Positions 52,301 through 63,259 are shown, counted from the stretch's first letter. The stretch: DNA of 64,000 nt from Eukaryota sp. TZLM1-RC (GCA_040285825.1 JAUPSS010000004.1:4927784-4991783), one strand, 5' to 3'. A program made the numbers and translations. The notes: generated by a model from the letters alone, not told the origin.

Positions 52301-53192
52301 ACATTTGTATTTTTAGGTGAGGAGGGGGGTGGTCCCGTTTATGTAACCTTTTGTGGCTTGTTGACCTTGGAAGAGGCGGTAGGTGGTTCCGTGCCTGATT
52401 CCATGGGTTTACTTTGAGGAGGAGCGGAGGGTGGTCTCGAGCCCGAGTCTTCGCCTACATTCGTGTTTACCACTTCTTTTATTGATATATGTGTGCTGAA
52501 AGCATCCTTGTCGTGTTTCTGCATGTAAATTTTAAAGAAGTCAGTGCTCTGGCTGGGAGGAACTGAAATGATATCTGCTAAAGATATCCTCTGTACAAAG
52601 CTGTGTGTTGTCAATGTGGTATACCTATAACCTAAATGGCCAATAATTAATGATGCCGTAGGTTAAAAAGGTGGGGTTAAAATACAGCTGATTTTTTCCT
52701 ATTCATATTATAAAAGCCTAAGGGCGCCAACACTGAAATCTATTCAGTTCAACATTCAGAGGATCAAAAGAAAATGGAACAGTTAACACAACTCAACGTA
52801 GAACTAAGGCCCGAAGCGGCCTAATCGTAGCAACAAAATTAGGAAAAGAAGCTTGTTCTGTTTATGGATTTTCCGACTTACGGCAACAGCAGTCGGTTTA
52901 TTGATTATCTATTTCAGAAGAACAGAATCATTTTATCGTTGTCATCAGATCTTCCAGGTTGTATTAACTTCATTTTGAATAACACAGAGTGTTATAACTA
53001 GAAAGTTGTTTTGAAGGTGAACAAGAAAAACTCTATTCAATGAATTGTCGGGGGTTTTGCAGTAGGAAAGTAACAGCTAATGTTTTGGTTGAGTTTTAAA
53101 ATCAATGTTCCTGAAATGGAATTGTGCTTCTTTATCAAACAAAACTATAGAACAACAGAAACAAAATTTTAACACCAAAAAAATCTGCAACA

Positions 53193-54194
53193 ATGGCTTA
53201 CGTTCCTCCCCACAGACGTTCCAGTCGTGACAAGCAAAGATCATCTTCTCCGCCTTTACGTACTTTGGATCAACTAGTTCAACACAAGACCTGCGTTGAT
53301 CACTTGATCGACATGCTGAGAGTTCCCCCTGTGAATGATGTTCTGTCTAAACACAAATTTCCCGCCGATGTTGTCCAAAGTATTGAACAATTTATGGACT
53401 TCACATGTCCTCAACAGAGACAACAGCTAGTGGAGAAAGTAGACAAAGATCAAGATTTGATCAGAAAATATCATGGTCGATTGGGAAAAGCCTATCCCAA
53501 CGCGTTCAGACACTCTACCTCAAGAAAGTTGTACAAGCGGAAGTACTGTCATTTTCACACTGAAAATGCCATTGACATGGCTGTCGCTTTAGCTGCCGAA
53601 GGAAAGGACTATGATAAATCCGAGTTATCAAGGAAATGTTTGCTCTCTGTTTTTATGTGTTTTGCTGTCCAAAGAAACATTAATTCATGCCGTGGGACCA
53701 CGGAAATACCAGAACGTGCACTTGAGAACATGATGATCACACATGCCGTTGTAGCATTATCCAGATCCATCATCAGAGATATCCTCATTCCAACAAGAAA
53801 GAATGATTTCTCGTGTTTTCAGAATCTTGTACATGATGTGGTCGACATTATGATGAACCTCAAAAGCTTGGAAGTACCTCGTAGAGATGGGTTTCAAACT
53901 GTTGGATCAATTTTGGATGAAATGAATTATCAAATCAACCTCAATGGTGTGTTATGCTGCTGCATTAGCTCTTGTCTAGATGGACGTTTGCAGTCCACTG
54001 TGACAGAATTTTTTGAAGAAGAAAGAAAAGAGGACAATATGTTTTTATTGTCAAGTTTCTTCAAAACTCTGGCTCTTTGGTTTTCAGAAATGGGACAACC
54101 AGTGGCAATTCCAACCTCTGATCAACTTAGATCTTGTGTGCGTTCAGAGAAGCCATTAGTACTTGAGTTTATCTCCTTCCTAACGAATGAATAA
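53193..54194 (+). CDS. Orphan protein, paralogue 2 (N-terminal YVPPHRR)
   Basis: Intact ORF; similarity to copy 1 extends ~550 bp past the stop (41858-42420 vs 54194-54750). Confidence 0.75.
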   Translation: MAYVPPHRRSSRDKQRSSSPPLRTLDQLVQHKTCVDHLIDMLRVPPVNDVLSKHKFPADVVQSIEQFMDFTCPQQRQQLVEKVDKDQDLIRKYHGRLGKAYPNAFRHSTSRKLYKRKYCHFHTENAIDMAVALAAEGKDYDKSELSRKCLLSVFMCFAVQRNINSCRGTTEIPERALENMMITHAVVALSRSIIRDILIPTRKNDFSCFQNLVHDVVDIMMNLKSLEVPRRDGFQTVGSILDEMNYQINLNGVLCCCISSCLDGRLQSTVTEFFEEERKEDNMFLLSSFFKTLALWFSEMGQPVAIPTSDQLRSCVRSEKPLVLEFISFLTNE

Positions 54195-54850
54195 TTTATG
54201 TGTGCTATTCTTGTTCTTGTTTATACAGAATTTGTAAATGGTTTGTTCGTAATGTTTTGTATCGATACATATTCATCAATTCTTCATCGACATGTTAATG
54301 CAGGTTGATAGCATGAGCCAAATGAAACAACTAAATTATGTTTCCTCAATAAAATCAGTTCCAACTTTGTTTCAGCAAATACATCTGGAACATGTTCTGA
54401 TTTGGTTTATGTTGCAAAATCACAATTTACCGTTACTATATACCCAACTATACCCATTGTATCAATTGAAATCTCATCTGTTACTGTCCAATTTCAAGAA
54501 TTTCTAGAAGGAGCAAGATTATGTAGTCCAACGTCATTATAACTGTTCACAGTGACATTTCCTTAGCTAGACATGTGGTCATAAAATCATCCAACACAAA
54601 ATATTTGTTGCTTCATGATTGTTGTTTGGGATGATGAATCAAATCTTCAGTAAACCAGTCAAGATCTTCATCGAAATACTCAATAAACACCATTTTCCAT
54701 AAAGCAATCGTGTGATAACAAATAATATGGTATGTTGTTTATGTTCATCAGGTTTTTTACATAAAAGCATTTTCTCTCATGGACGATGGAGAAAAACCAT
54801 AATGTGAACACAACAAACTGACATGGAATAAATGAATTAAATGGAATTTA

Positions 54851-55897
54851 TTGATTGATTTATTGATGACAACGCAAAGTTCCACTGTTTTTGCATTAAA
54901 TGAAGAAATTTCAAAAATTGATGCAGAAAAATGGGATCGATGCCTCCCCCAATCATTCAATGGCAATATTCCAGAAAAGAATGTTTTAAATCTAAAATAC
55001 ACTCTTCGAACATTACAGAAACGATTGACTGGAATGTATGAAAATGATCTTTATAATAATATATGCAGCTCGGCTGTTTTAAATCAAGATCTTCACTCAT
55101 TGTTATTGGAAAAGGGTGTATGTGAAAATAAGTCATCAGATTCTTCACTTTTTGTAACCATTGAACCACGAAGATTTGGATTGTGTGCCACTTATGAAGC
55201 ATTTGTAACACAAATAAGATTATATTTGAACATCCCCATTAACCAATTATTATCAAAAGAAAAATGTATTTGTTCGAATTCACCTCAACTCACTTTGCGC
55301 CATGCTCTAAATTGCTCTAAATTGATAACTTATCGTTCTTCATTACATGATGCTGTTAGAGACACTGTTTTCAATATGGCACAAACTGCAAGGATATCGT
55401 GTATCAAAGAGCCCCTGCTGAAAGAAACACTTTCTCTGAATAATTTTGGTTCTGATGATAGAGGTGATGTATACTGTGATTGGATTGATAATGCTGAAGC
55501 TATTGTTGACTTTGTCTCATGTAATGTTGCAAACGATACTTTGGTTCACAAAAGAAAACTTAATCCTGTGGCTGCTCTGGATTTTAAAGCAAAAGAAAAA
55601 CATAGAAAATACGATAAAGAAATTGAAGATGCAAATGTCGATAGAAATACACAGCTGGTTTTTATTGCTTTCCCATTTTCGATAAATGGAAGATTATCAG
55701 TTGAAGCAGAAACTTTTTTGGATGACTTCCAAAAAATGGTGAAAGAAAAAACAATGAAAAGATTTGATATTTTTTTATGGCGTTCACGGATTCAATTTGC
55801 CATTATTAATAAATTACCGCGGTTTTTCAATCGAATTAGAGAAGCTTTAGCTGGACAGCAAGCAAATCAAGATTTTGTAGAGGAAATCTTGGGTTAA
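54851..55897 (+). mobile_element. 5'-truncated CRE-like element with open Zn-knuckle/RLE 3' end
   Basis: CICSNSPQLTLRHALNC, RSSLHDAVRD, RGDV..VDFV, KEKHRKY; same family as 1-730. Confidence 0.9.
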
Positions 55898-56060
55898 TGA
55901 TAGTCGTCCCATTAGTTATGATTTAATTTAATCAAGTGTGCAAATTCAATAAATATAGAACTTATGGAATTTTGAGGCAAATTGTAGATTAATTTCATGA
56001 CGTCATCTAATACAGATGATTCAAATTAAAACTCATCTCATTAAAACAACGACAATATTG

Positions 56061-56852
56061 ATGACATCTCAATCAGAGAAGAAAGCAGCCATTGATTCTT
56101 GGCTACACTCATTGGGTGAATCTGCTACTTATGAGGATGACACGCTTGTTAGAGGTTTCCTATACGACTTCTTTCGCAACTGATACTGCAAATATCATAT
56201 CACAAGCTGCTGAGTTGGAAACTTCTCATCTCACCAAGCAATCTGAACAACTCAATAAGTTTCTTGCTCCACTTGAACTTACACCTTCTCATCTTTCTTC
56301 GAAAGCCAGGTCTGCTCTTTCTTCTCTCTCAAATGCCGCCGAAGCGCTCAACCTTTCCGATGTCTCTCTAAAGCATTCATTCACGCCGCTGCTTCTCTAG
56401 AAATGGATCTCATCACCACCGAATCTGATCTCTCTCAGCACAAACAAATACTTGGTAGAATCCTGGACATTACTGTCAATAATGAAGTTTTGGCCAAGTA
56501 CAACACTACGGCTAAGGTTGATGATTATATTGCTCAAGTTCTACAAGACAATCTTCAAATAAGCGAGAATTACGCTTTGAAAGAAGCTGAATACACCCAC
56601 TCAACAAATGAAATTAAAAAGGAATTGAAAAAACTACCATTAACTCATGAAATCACTCATTCTGCACTGGTGGGGTTGAAGCAAAAACGGAACGAGACTG
56701 AAGAGTCACTAGTGAAACACTCCAAACGTCTAGAGTCATTCAAGGGACTTCCTGCTGATGAAGCATTAGCGACTGAACGAGTAGAGGAACTGAGGAGGGA
56801 GGTGAGGGGGTTACAGGATAAATTAGGTGCTGAAGTGGCTGGATTGGTTTAG
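56061..56852 (+). CDS. HAUS1-like augmin subunit with two apparent frameshifts (~56170, ~56365)
   Basis: DSWL..YE..FLYD N-terminus, LSSLSNAAEALNLSDVS, C-terminal LESFKGLPADEALATERVEELRREV. Confidence 0.65.
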
Positions 56853-57550
56853 AGTTTGGGTTTTAGTTAAGGTTAACGAATTTTTTGGGCAGATTTTTTT
56901 GTTTTTTAATTGGTTATAAATGTGTTTTTATTTAGTGTTGTGTGCAATAATTTGATGACTTGGTTCAGAGTTGTCAAAAAGTTCGTTCATGGCTGATGCA
57001 TTGAATTGAAAGGGGTAATGATGTTTTAAATAAAATTTATTAACCTAAAATCGAATTATGCTTTTCGTTTCATACTGCTCAGAAGGAACATTAACTGAAG
57101 TCGTGCAGGATCTTTTTCTCACATTACTATTTCCTTTTTCATTCATTGACAAATGAATAGCTTTTTTGGAGTGACGTAAGTGGTTATGTGGGAAGATATG
57201 TTCTTTGTTTTTCTTATGTTTTTAAGAAAATGTCTGTATTCAAATATGGTTAGTCAATGAATTAACAGTGTGAACATACGTGAACAATAGATTTGCTGCT
57301 TCTTTCTCAACAGGATATTTTTAAGCAAGTTGCTATCCAATTATTTCTTAATAATTATTTCTATGGTATTCATGTATTACAAAAGAGCTTTTTAAAGACA
57401 ATGGAGATGCGGCAATGCCTTTGTTCAGTCAAAGATGCACGTATGAAAGGGATTGGCATTGGTAATAGGTTTGGTACCCCAATAAGATTTACTCTCATTA
57501 AAGCTAAATCATCAAAAATTTTTTTATTTAATTTTAATTTTATTCAAAAC

Positions 57551-59620
57551 CTATAAATCAACATCTAAAAAATCCATCTCTCCCAGAACAAAAACACTAG
57601 ATGCAACTCTCTCATAGTGAGATCCAAGAGAAAGCAAAGCATCAGAAACCATCTTCAACATCCCCTTAAAAATAGAAAACACAATTCTATTTTGCCAAAA
57701 CAATCTGTTGAAATTTCTGCCAGTTCTTCTTTTTACAATCATTTCAAAATCATCCAAAAAACGTAAAGCATTTGGTGCAAGTGAACCAAAAGGGGAAAAT
57801 ACAAATGGATACAAATTGTATTTTGCATGCTGTTGACTGGCCAATTTGGACAAAGGTTCATTGTATTTTTTGAATGGGAAAAGTACACATCTACCCACTT
57901 TTTAACTGATAGGACTTCTTTGCAGATTGGACATGACAACAACCTCTACCGTTGTTGCTGAATCAACTATAACTCTCAAACATAACGACACCGATTATCT
58001 CTTGAAAATCGGTTCCCTGGCTTCGATGAAAATAATAAAGGAACTGATTCGGCTAGATTGTGTCCAGAGCAGTGCCTATTGTGTCTACAAAAAATCTGAA
58101 CATACAAGAATTTATGCTCGTTGCAAAAATAAAAGATGTACGTTTGAATGCTATGCTACACGACCTAAATCCGCTGCTACAACAACTCCTTATGAGGTTA
58201 AGCGGTATAAAGCTCATTCCTGTAATGGTAATCTAACTTCTTCCTACAAGATTCTTCCTCCTTCCACAGATTACCTTGCCTCATTGACATCCATTCGTAC
58301 AAAAATCCAAAAAAATCCTGCCATCAGCTCCAAGCATTTGAAAGTGGATTTAAACACAGCGGCTGGATTTATACTTCCCAAGCACACTGTTAAGCGGGTA
58401 CGGAACACGATTAAAACCAGTCTTTATGGAACTGAAGAATCAAGCTACAAACAACTTGACCACTACTTGGAACTTTTAAGTCAAAGAAACCCCGGAAGTG
58501 TTATTGATCTTGAAAAGGATACAACTGACACCTTTAGACGACTCTTCATAGCGCTGCAAGGTACAATCAAGGGATTTACATTTTGTCGTTCAATGGTTCT
58601 TCTGGATGGGACGCACTTGAAAACCAAACATGAACAAGTGTTGTTGACATCCACGTCCATTGAACGTACCAAGTAATTAAGAAACACAAACATGATTACA
58701 TCATCAAACAGATCGGGATGGATAAGTTTCCTTAAAACAATTGGGTACAGAACTACCAAAAAATTCAGTAGTGGGTAGGTGTGTTTCACTTTTCAAAAAA
58801 GTGGGTAGGTGAGTCCCTGACCCTTTTTGAATTTAAAATTTTCAGCATTTGAAAGGGGATTATGAATTTCAGAATTAACTAGCCTTTCATATGAGGCATT
58901 ACAAGGATCAACAGACATTACATCCAATAAAATGAAACTTCCATCTAATCCAGGTAATATAACATCACCTCTATTATTCTTATGAAAATCATCTTCAGCA
59001 TCAAACAGATTTGACAACAGAGGTTCCGAGAAGGATTCAATTCTATGAGATTTACACATACAATATAACTGGTCTCTTACAGCATCATGAACCTTGCCTC
59101 TAAAAGTAATAAAATGTTCACAATTTAACAAATGAGTAGTTGTAATTTCTCGAGAACATTTACAAATTAAATTATGAGGTAAATTATCAGGCCAGATAAA
59201 GGAACGAAATCTCATATTCAGAGTCCAAGCAGAATCGGATAGGAGAGTACCATAAACTTGTGGAATTGTTGTTACTAAGGCAGAAGAAGTACTGTCACAC
59301 ATATCTTGTAAAAAATTTGCAAAAGCGGGATTCTTTTTTTTGACCTAGCCAAGTCTAACATCAACATCAGCCTTACCTAGAGATCCAAGCAAAGAAAAAA
59401 CAAAAGGACATAAATTATATTTGGCATGAAAATTTTCATTAACTGAGGGAATGGGTTTCGCATCTTCAGCAAATTTATATTTTTTGCCAGCAAGAAGAGG
59501 ATTATTTACATCTGAAATAATGAAATGTTCGTTAGAAGAATTACAAGGGTCAATGGACATGGCGTCTAAAATAGTGAAACTACCATTTAAACTTCTATTG
59601 ACCACAACTTGTGCAGTGGG
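57551..59620 (-). mobile_element. CRE-like RLE fragments (second family), split by a MULE
   Basis: ORF 58793-59302 (CKC..HLLNC..HDAVRD..RGDV) resumes at 57866 (KKYNEPL..YPFVFSPFGSL); extra fragment at 59345-59620. Confidence 0.85.
57876..58823 (+). mobile_element. Internally deleted MuDR-type MULE
   Basis: 9-bp TSD TTTTTGAAT (57867-57875, 58824-58832), imperfect TIRs GGG..CTACCCACTTTTT; RCKNKRCTF..H, SYKQL..RNPGS, FRRLF..LDGTHLKTK. Confidence 0.9.
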
Positions 59621-60009
59621 GTATAATTGACTAGCATATTTTGACAATTTAAGCGTGAACAAGGTGGGAAAGGAGACGTCTCTTCAACATAATTTTGAAT
59701 AGCATTGATTTTCATTATGATGATAAGTTGTTCTTTTCGCTTATTGTGATTTGACAGATTCTTTGACAATTTTCGTTTTCTTTTGACGTGATGAATCATC
59801 AACAGACAATTTAGTGATAAATAAAAAAATGTAATTTCGTCCTGTTCATTATGGCATAAGATACTTAGGTCAACAAATGATCTTTTTTTATTTACTATAA
59901 ATTCCATCGAAGTCCCTTTAGTTGAGTTTAGGGATTAAATTCAACAACCCATAGACTGTTCTCGAAGATCTTCGAGTCTTACAGAAGTCAAATAGAAATT
60001 GTTCAAGTA

Positions 60010-60265
60010 TTTAGATCTTTCCTTTTTACCAGGTTCTGCCGCTCAAGTTGAGCGTCTCTTCACCTTGGCAGGATATAAAGTAAATGAAAGGTTATTTTAA
60101 TCGTCTACAATGCTTAACATTAAGTTATTTCTAAGAATCCATAGGTCTTTATGGGATGACAACACCATCCGTGTAATTATCAGAAACATGATGCAAAGCA
60201 AGTTATTCAGACAAGAAGGGAACGGTCAAATGGATTCTATAATCGCCGACAGTGACTGTGATTAA
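60010..60265 (+). mobile_element. hAT C-terminal relic
   Basis: Manual translation FLPGSAAQVERLFTLAG..LFLRIHRSLW. Confidence 0.6.
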
Positions 60266-60829
60266 AGGAAAATTAATAGAAATTATTTATATTTCATATA
60301 TTATTTTGTTGTATTTATATTTATTTTATATTTATTTTTCGTGGTTTTCCGAAAGAAGTTATTTAAAAATTTTTAATTAGAGACCTTATTTTAAGCGGAG
60401 ATGTAATGTATGATACGAAAATTATTGTTTTGTTTTGTTTCAACTGATTGCAGAAGTGCTCAAGCTAAATAATAATTCACAACAATCAATGATTTGTAGA
60501 CTAAAACGGCAAGAAACACATGGACCAATTAACAGGTCTTCAAAATTATGACAAAACAATATAGATAATATCCAAAATCAGAGGGTTCGGTCCCTGTTTA
60601 TAGCGGTTTGGAGGACCAGTCTAACAAGTAAATTTGATTATTTAATTAAGTATTTATTACATTCATAGAAAAAGTGAGAAAAAAAATGAAAATAATTCGA
60701 GCAATTAATAAAAAGCTGGTAAACCATTGTTGACGAAAAATTCAGCAAAAATCAACTAAACTAACATATAAGAACAGTAAAAACTAATAATTCAATCTGA
60801 ATAAGCAAAACTAATTGCAAACCAAAATG

Positions 60830-61345
60830 CTACTTGGTAACAGTAACAAAGCCATCATCATCAACAATCTTTTGTGGCTTTGAAGGTTTAGGCTTTGGTT
60901 CTTCCTTATCTTCATCAGAATCACTGCTGGAGTAGTCTGGTTCATCGCAGTGTATAAGGGGGAACAGAGGATCGTCGAACTTACAAGCAGCTTTCTCCTT
61001 CAAGAAACAGTTGTTTTCCACTGTCTGGTCTGGTTGAGTTAATGAACGTTCAGCATGGTCTACAACCACAAGAATGTATCGTGCTATAATAGTAAGTTCT
61101 CCTTCATCCTCAAGATCAACATTGAAGTCATCATTCAAAATTTCTCCCAGTAAACCAATTAAATGTGTCTCTTTGTCCTTTTTAAATGTAGGAGAGCATA
61201 TGGCAACGACGTCAAGAACTAGATTTTCAAGTGCAGACTGAGTACGTTCTGTAGACCCAGCAAATCCCTCCTTCACTACTAAGTTGAGTGTAGACCATTC
61301 AGCCAACACCAGAGAAACGGCATAACGAGTAAGTTCGCTATTCAT
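60830..61345 (-). CDS. TSR2: Pre-rRNA-processing protein TSR2
   Basis: VLAEWSTLNLVV..EGFAG (WGG-domain position), LNDDFNVDLED, acidic tail with VDDDGFVTV. Confidence 0.85.
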   Translation of the reverse strand: MNSELTRYAVSLVLAEWSTLNLVVKEGFAGSTERTQSALENLVLDVVAICSPTFKKDKETHLIGLLGEILNDDFNVDLEDEGELTIIARYILVVVDHAERSLTQPDQTVENNCFLKEKAACKFDDPLFPLIHCDEPDYSSSDSDEDKEEPKPKPSKPQKIVDDDGFVTVTK

Positions 61346-61395
61346 GTTATGTATATTAGTAAAGAAATGAAGTGTGCCTATTCAGAAGTTTTCAT

Positions 61396-61549
61396 TTGAA
61401 ATGCATACTTTCTTCAAGCATCATTCAAACTTATTCCAAGAACTTTCATCCTTGGTGAGATCGTCCACAGTCGTTCTACAATCGTCGAATAATTGGCCAC
61501 CAATCTCAGTGAGCCCATTTCTCCTCTAGAACAATACGTAGCTTTGGAG
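61396..61549 (-). ncRNA. Putative Fanzor omega-RNA scaffold / transposon right end
   Basis: Directly 3' of the Fanzor stop; CCAAGGAU-GAAA-GUUCUUGG hairpin; the 3' ~95 nt are repeated at 10885-10978. Confidence 0.6.
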
Positions 61550-62047
61550 CTAGTTTCTTTGTGGTCTCTGGAACGCTTCTGGTCTTGTTCCATAGTAGTG
61601 ATCACTTATTTCAATTTCTAGCTGATTTAGTGATGCGGAAATGTCTCTAGACCAAACTTAATTACATTCCGGATAACTGAAATGAGTGTTTTGAACTGTA
61701 ACTTCACCATCAACTTCTCGATAAATCTTTTGGTGTAGCATTTTGCAGCAGTTCACCTTTGCAGATGTCATATATTCATCTCCGAACTTCACATTAGCAA
61801 ATGAACATTGTAACAACTTGAGAAACGCCTTACGTGGAGTTTTCACTTTTTGAAGTGATGTACCACCACCTCCATTGCCAAACCACACCTTTACTTCTCG
61901 ATCGTCTGCAAATTTTTTCACTTTGTTGATAATTGAGCTGAATCTTTAGTTGATTTCATTAGTCAGGTAAAATGAAATTATTGTATTCAAAAAAACAGTG
62001 TTATAGGGTGCGAGGAGCGTACTCCACACCTCAGTGCGAGCTTCAAA
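61550..62047 (-). pseudogene. Fanzor1 (eukaryotic TnpB-like RNA-guided nuclease), C-terminal remnant
   Basis: Single frame: WSTLLAPY..*..VWFGNGG..PRK..DEYMTS..NCC..YPECN*VWSRDISASLN..GTRPEAFQR*; RuvC-II E, Zn ribbon, RuvC-III RD and terminal RP motif; two internal TAA. Confidence 0.85.
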
Positions 62048-62415
62048 TTAAGGTGCACCTAGAGAATACATTAGATAATAGTCTACATTACCATTAATTA
62101 AATCATTTGCACATTGCATGAAACCTGTGAATCACATAAATCAAATTAAATTAGTCAAATTAAAATTAAGTGTAAAGCCCCTAGTCAGTTGGGTAGGTTC
62201 CGATCTGTCAAGATTTTCGATAGCAACCATTAATTTTTGATTTAATTTGCTTAGTTTTCAGAAATTATTCTAAACACATGAAGTACTTTCTATTTATCTC
62301 CATTTTGTGACGCATGAATTGGAATTGGTATCTTAATCAATCAAAACTCATTTACATAAAATAATATCAATAAACAAAGTACTGTACAAATAAGAGACAC
62401 AGAAGAAAGGCAATA

Positions 62416-63259
62416 TTAACTACCACTGTCGCTTTCATTACCGCATCTGGTTAGAAGTGAAAAATAAGGATGTAGTAGAACTTCAGTAATACTTGGCCGA
62501 TCGTGTTGGTATGGTACTAATATCCTCTGCAATAGATCTGCTGCTCCAGGTGAAATAGTTTGTGGCAGGAAGAACTTGCAGCTGAGAATCTTTAATTTCA
62601 GTTTGTTGAGACATTTATCATAAAAGGGAAATGAGCCAGTAAGCATAACATATAAAATGATGCCTGTACTCCAGACGTCACATTTAAGGGCATCATATTG
62701 AGTTTCTTGAGCTTGTTCCACACGGATGATATCTGGTGCAGTATAGAAAATGGTGCCGCATGGTGTTATCGCTGATGAATCCTTTACTAATCGAGAAACT
62801 CCAAAATCAGATATTCTTATTGAGTGTTGCACCAACAAAATGTTTTCCGGTTTGAGATCTGAAATTAGGGTATGATAATGCAAACCGCGGTGAGCTATGT
62901 TATGTGAATGGAGGGCCGCTATTCCTAGACAGATTTGATGCATGTAATGGCCAGCTAACTGTTCGCTTAATCCTTGAGACTTTAAAATGATTTCAGATAA
63001 GTCCTGCTCACAGTATTCTAGTACAATGTACAACTTTTGTGAAGAGAACATTGCTTTATACATTGTACAGATATTCCGATGTTCATTGCTGCAACTACTG
63101 AGAATGGATACTTCTCCCCTCAAACATTCAAATGTGTTGGGTGGTTGAAGTGGTAAACACTTGATAGTTACTATCAACATTCACAGCTTTCTTAACCTTG
63201 CCACATGTACCGGTGTTGATTGTGCACATCACCCGGTAGTTCCGAATATGTTTGGACAT
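62416..63259 (-). CDS. CAMK/AMPK-like Ser/Thr protein kinase; 27-nt intron at 62859-62885; apparent frameshift ~63180
   Basis: ATG at 63259, GTCGKVKKA, VTIK, HR|DLKPEN after intron removal, DFG, CGTIFYTAPD, DVWSTG. Confidence 0.85.

Larger units (their letters stand above)
43011..52732 (-). mobile_element. Composite Ty3/Gypsy element: family A LTRs and TSD, with nested family B and a MULE
   Basis: LTRs at 52651-52732 and 43011-43093, TSD CTGA (43007-43010, 52733-52736), PPT AGGAGAAGCAG; CCHC/RGG gag, IDTAA protease, YIDD RT, RNase H; two integrase-chromodomain regions (43170-44550, 46381-47700). Confidence 0.9.

Noticed and set aside
61414-61605. 63-aa minus-strand ORF as a gene
   Set aside because: Off-frame overlap of the Fanzor C-terminus and the putative omega-RNA; no recognisable protein signal
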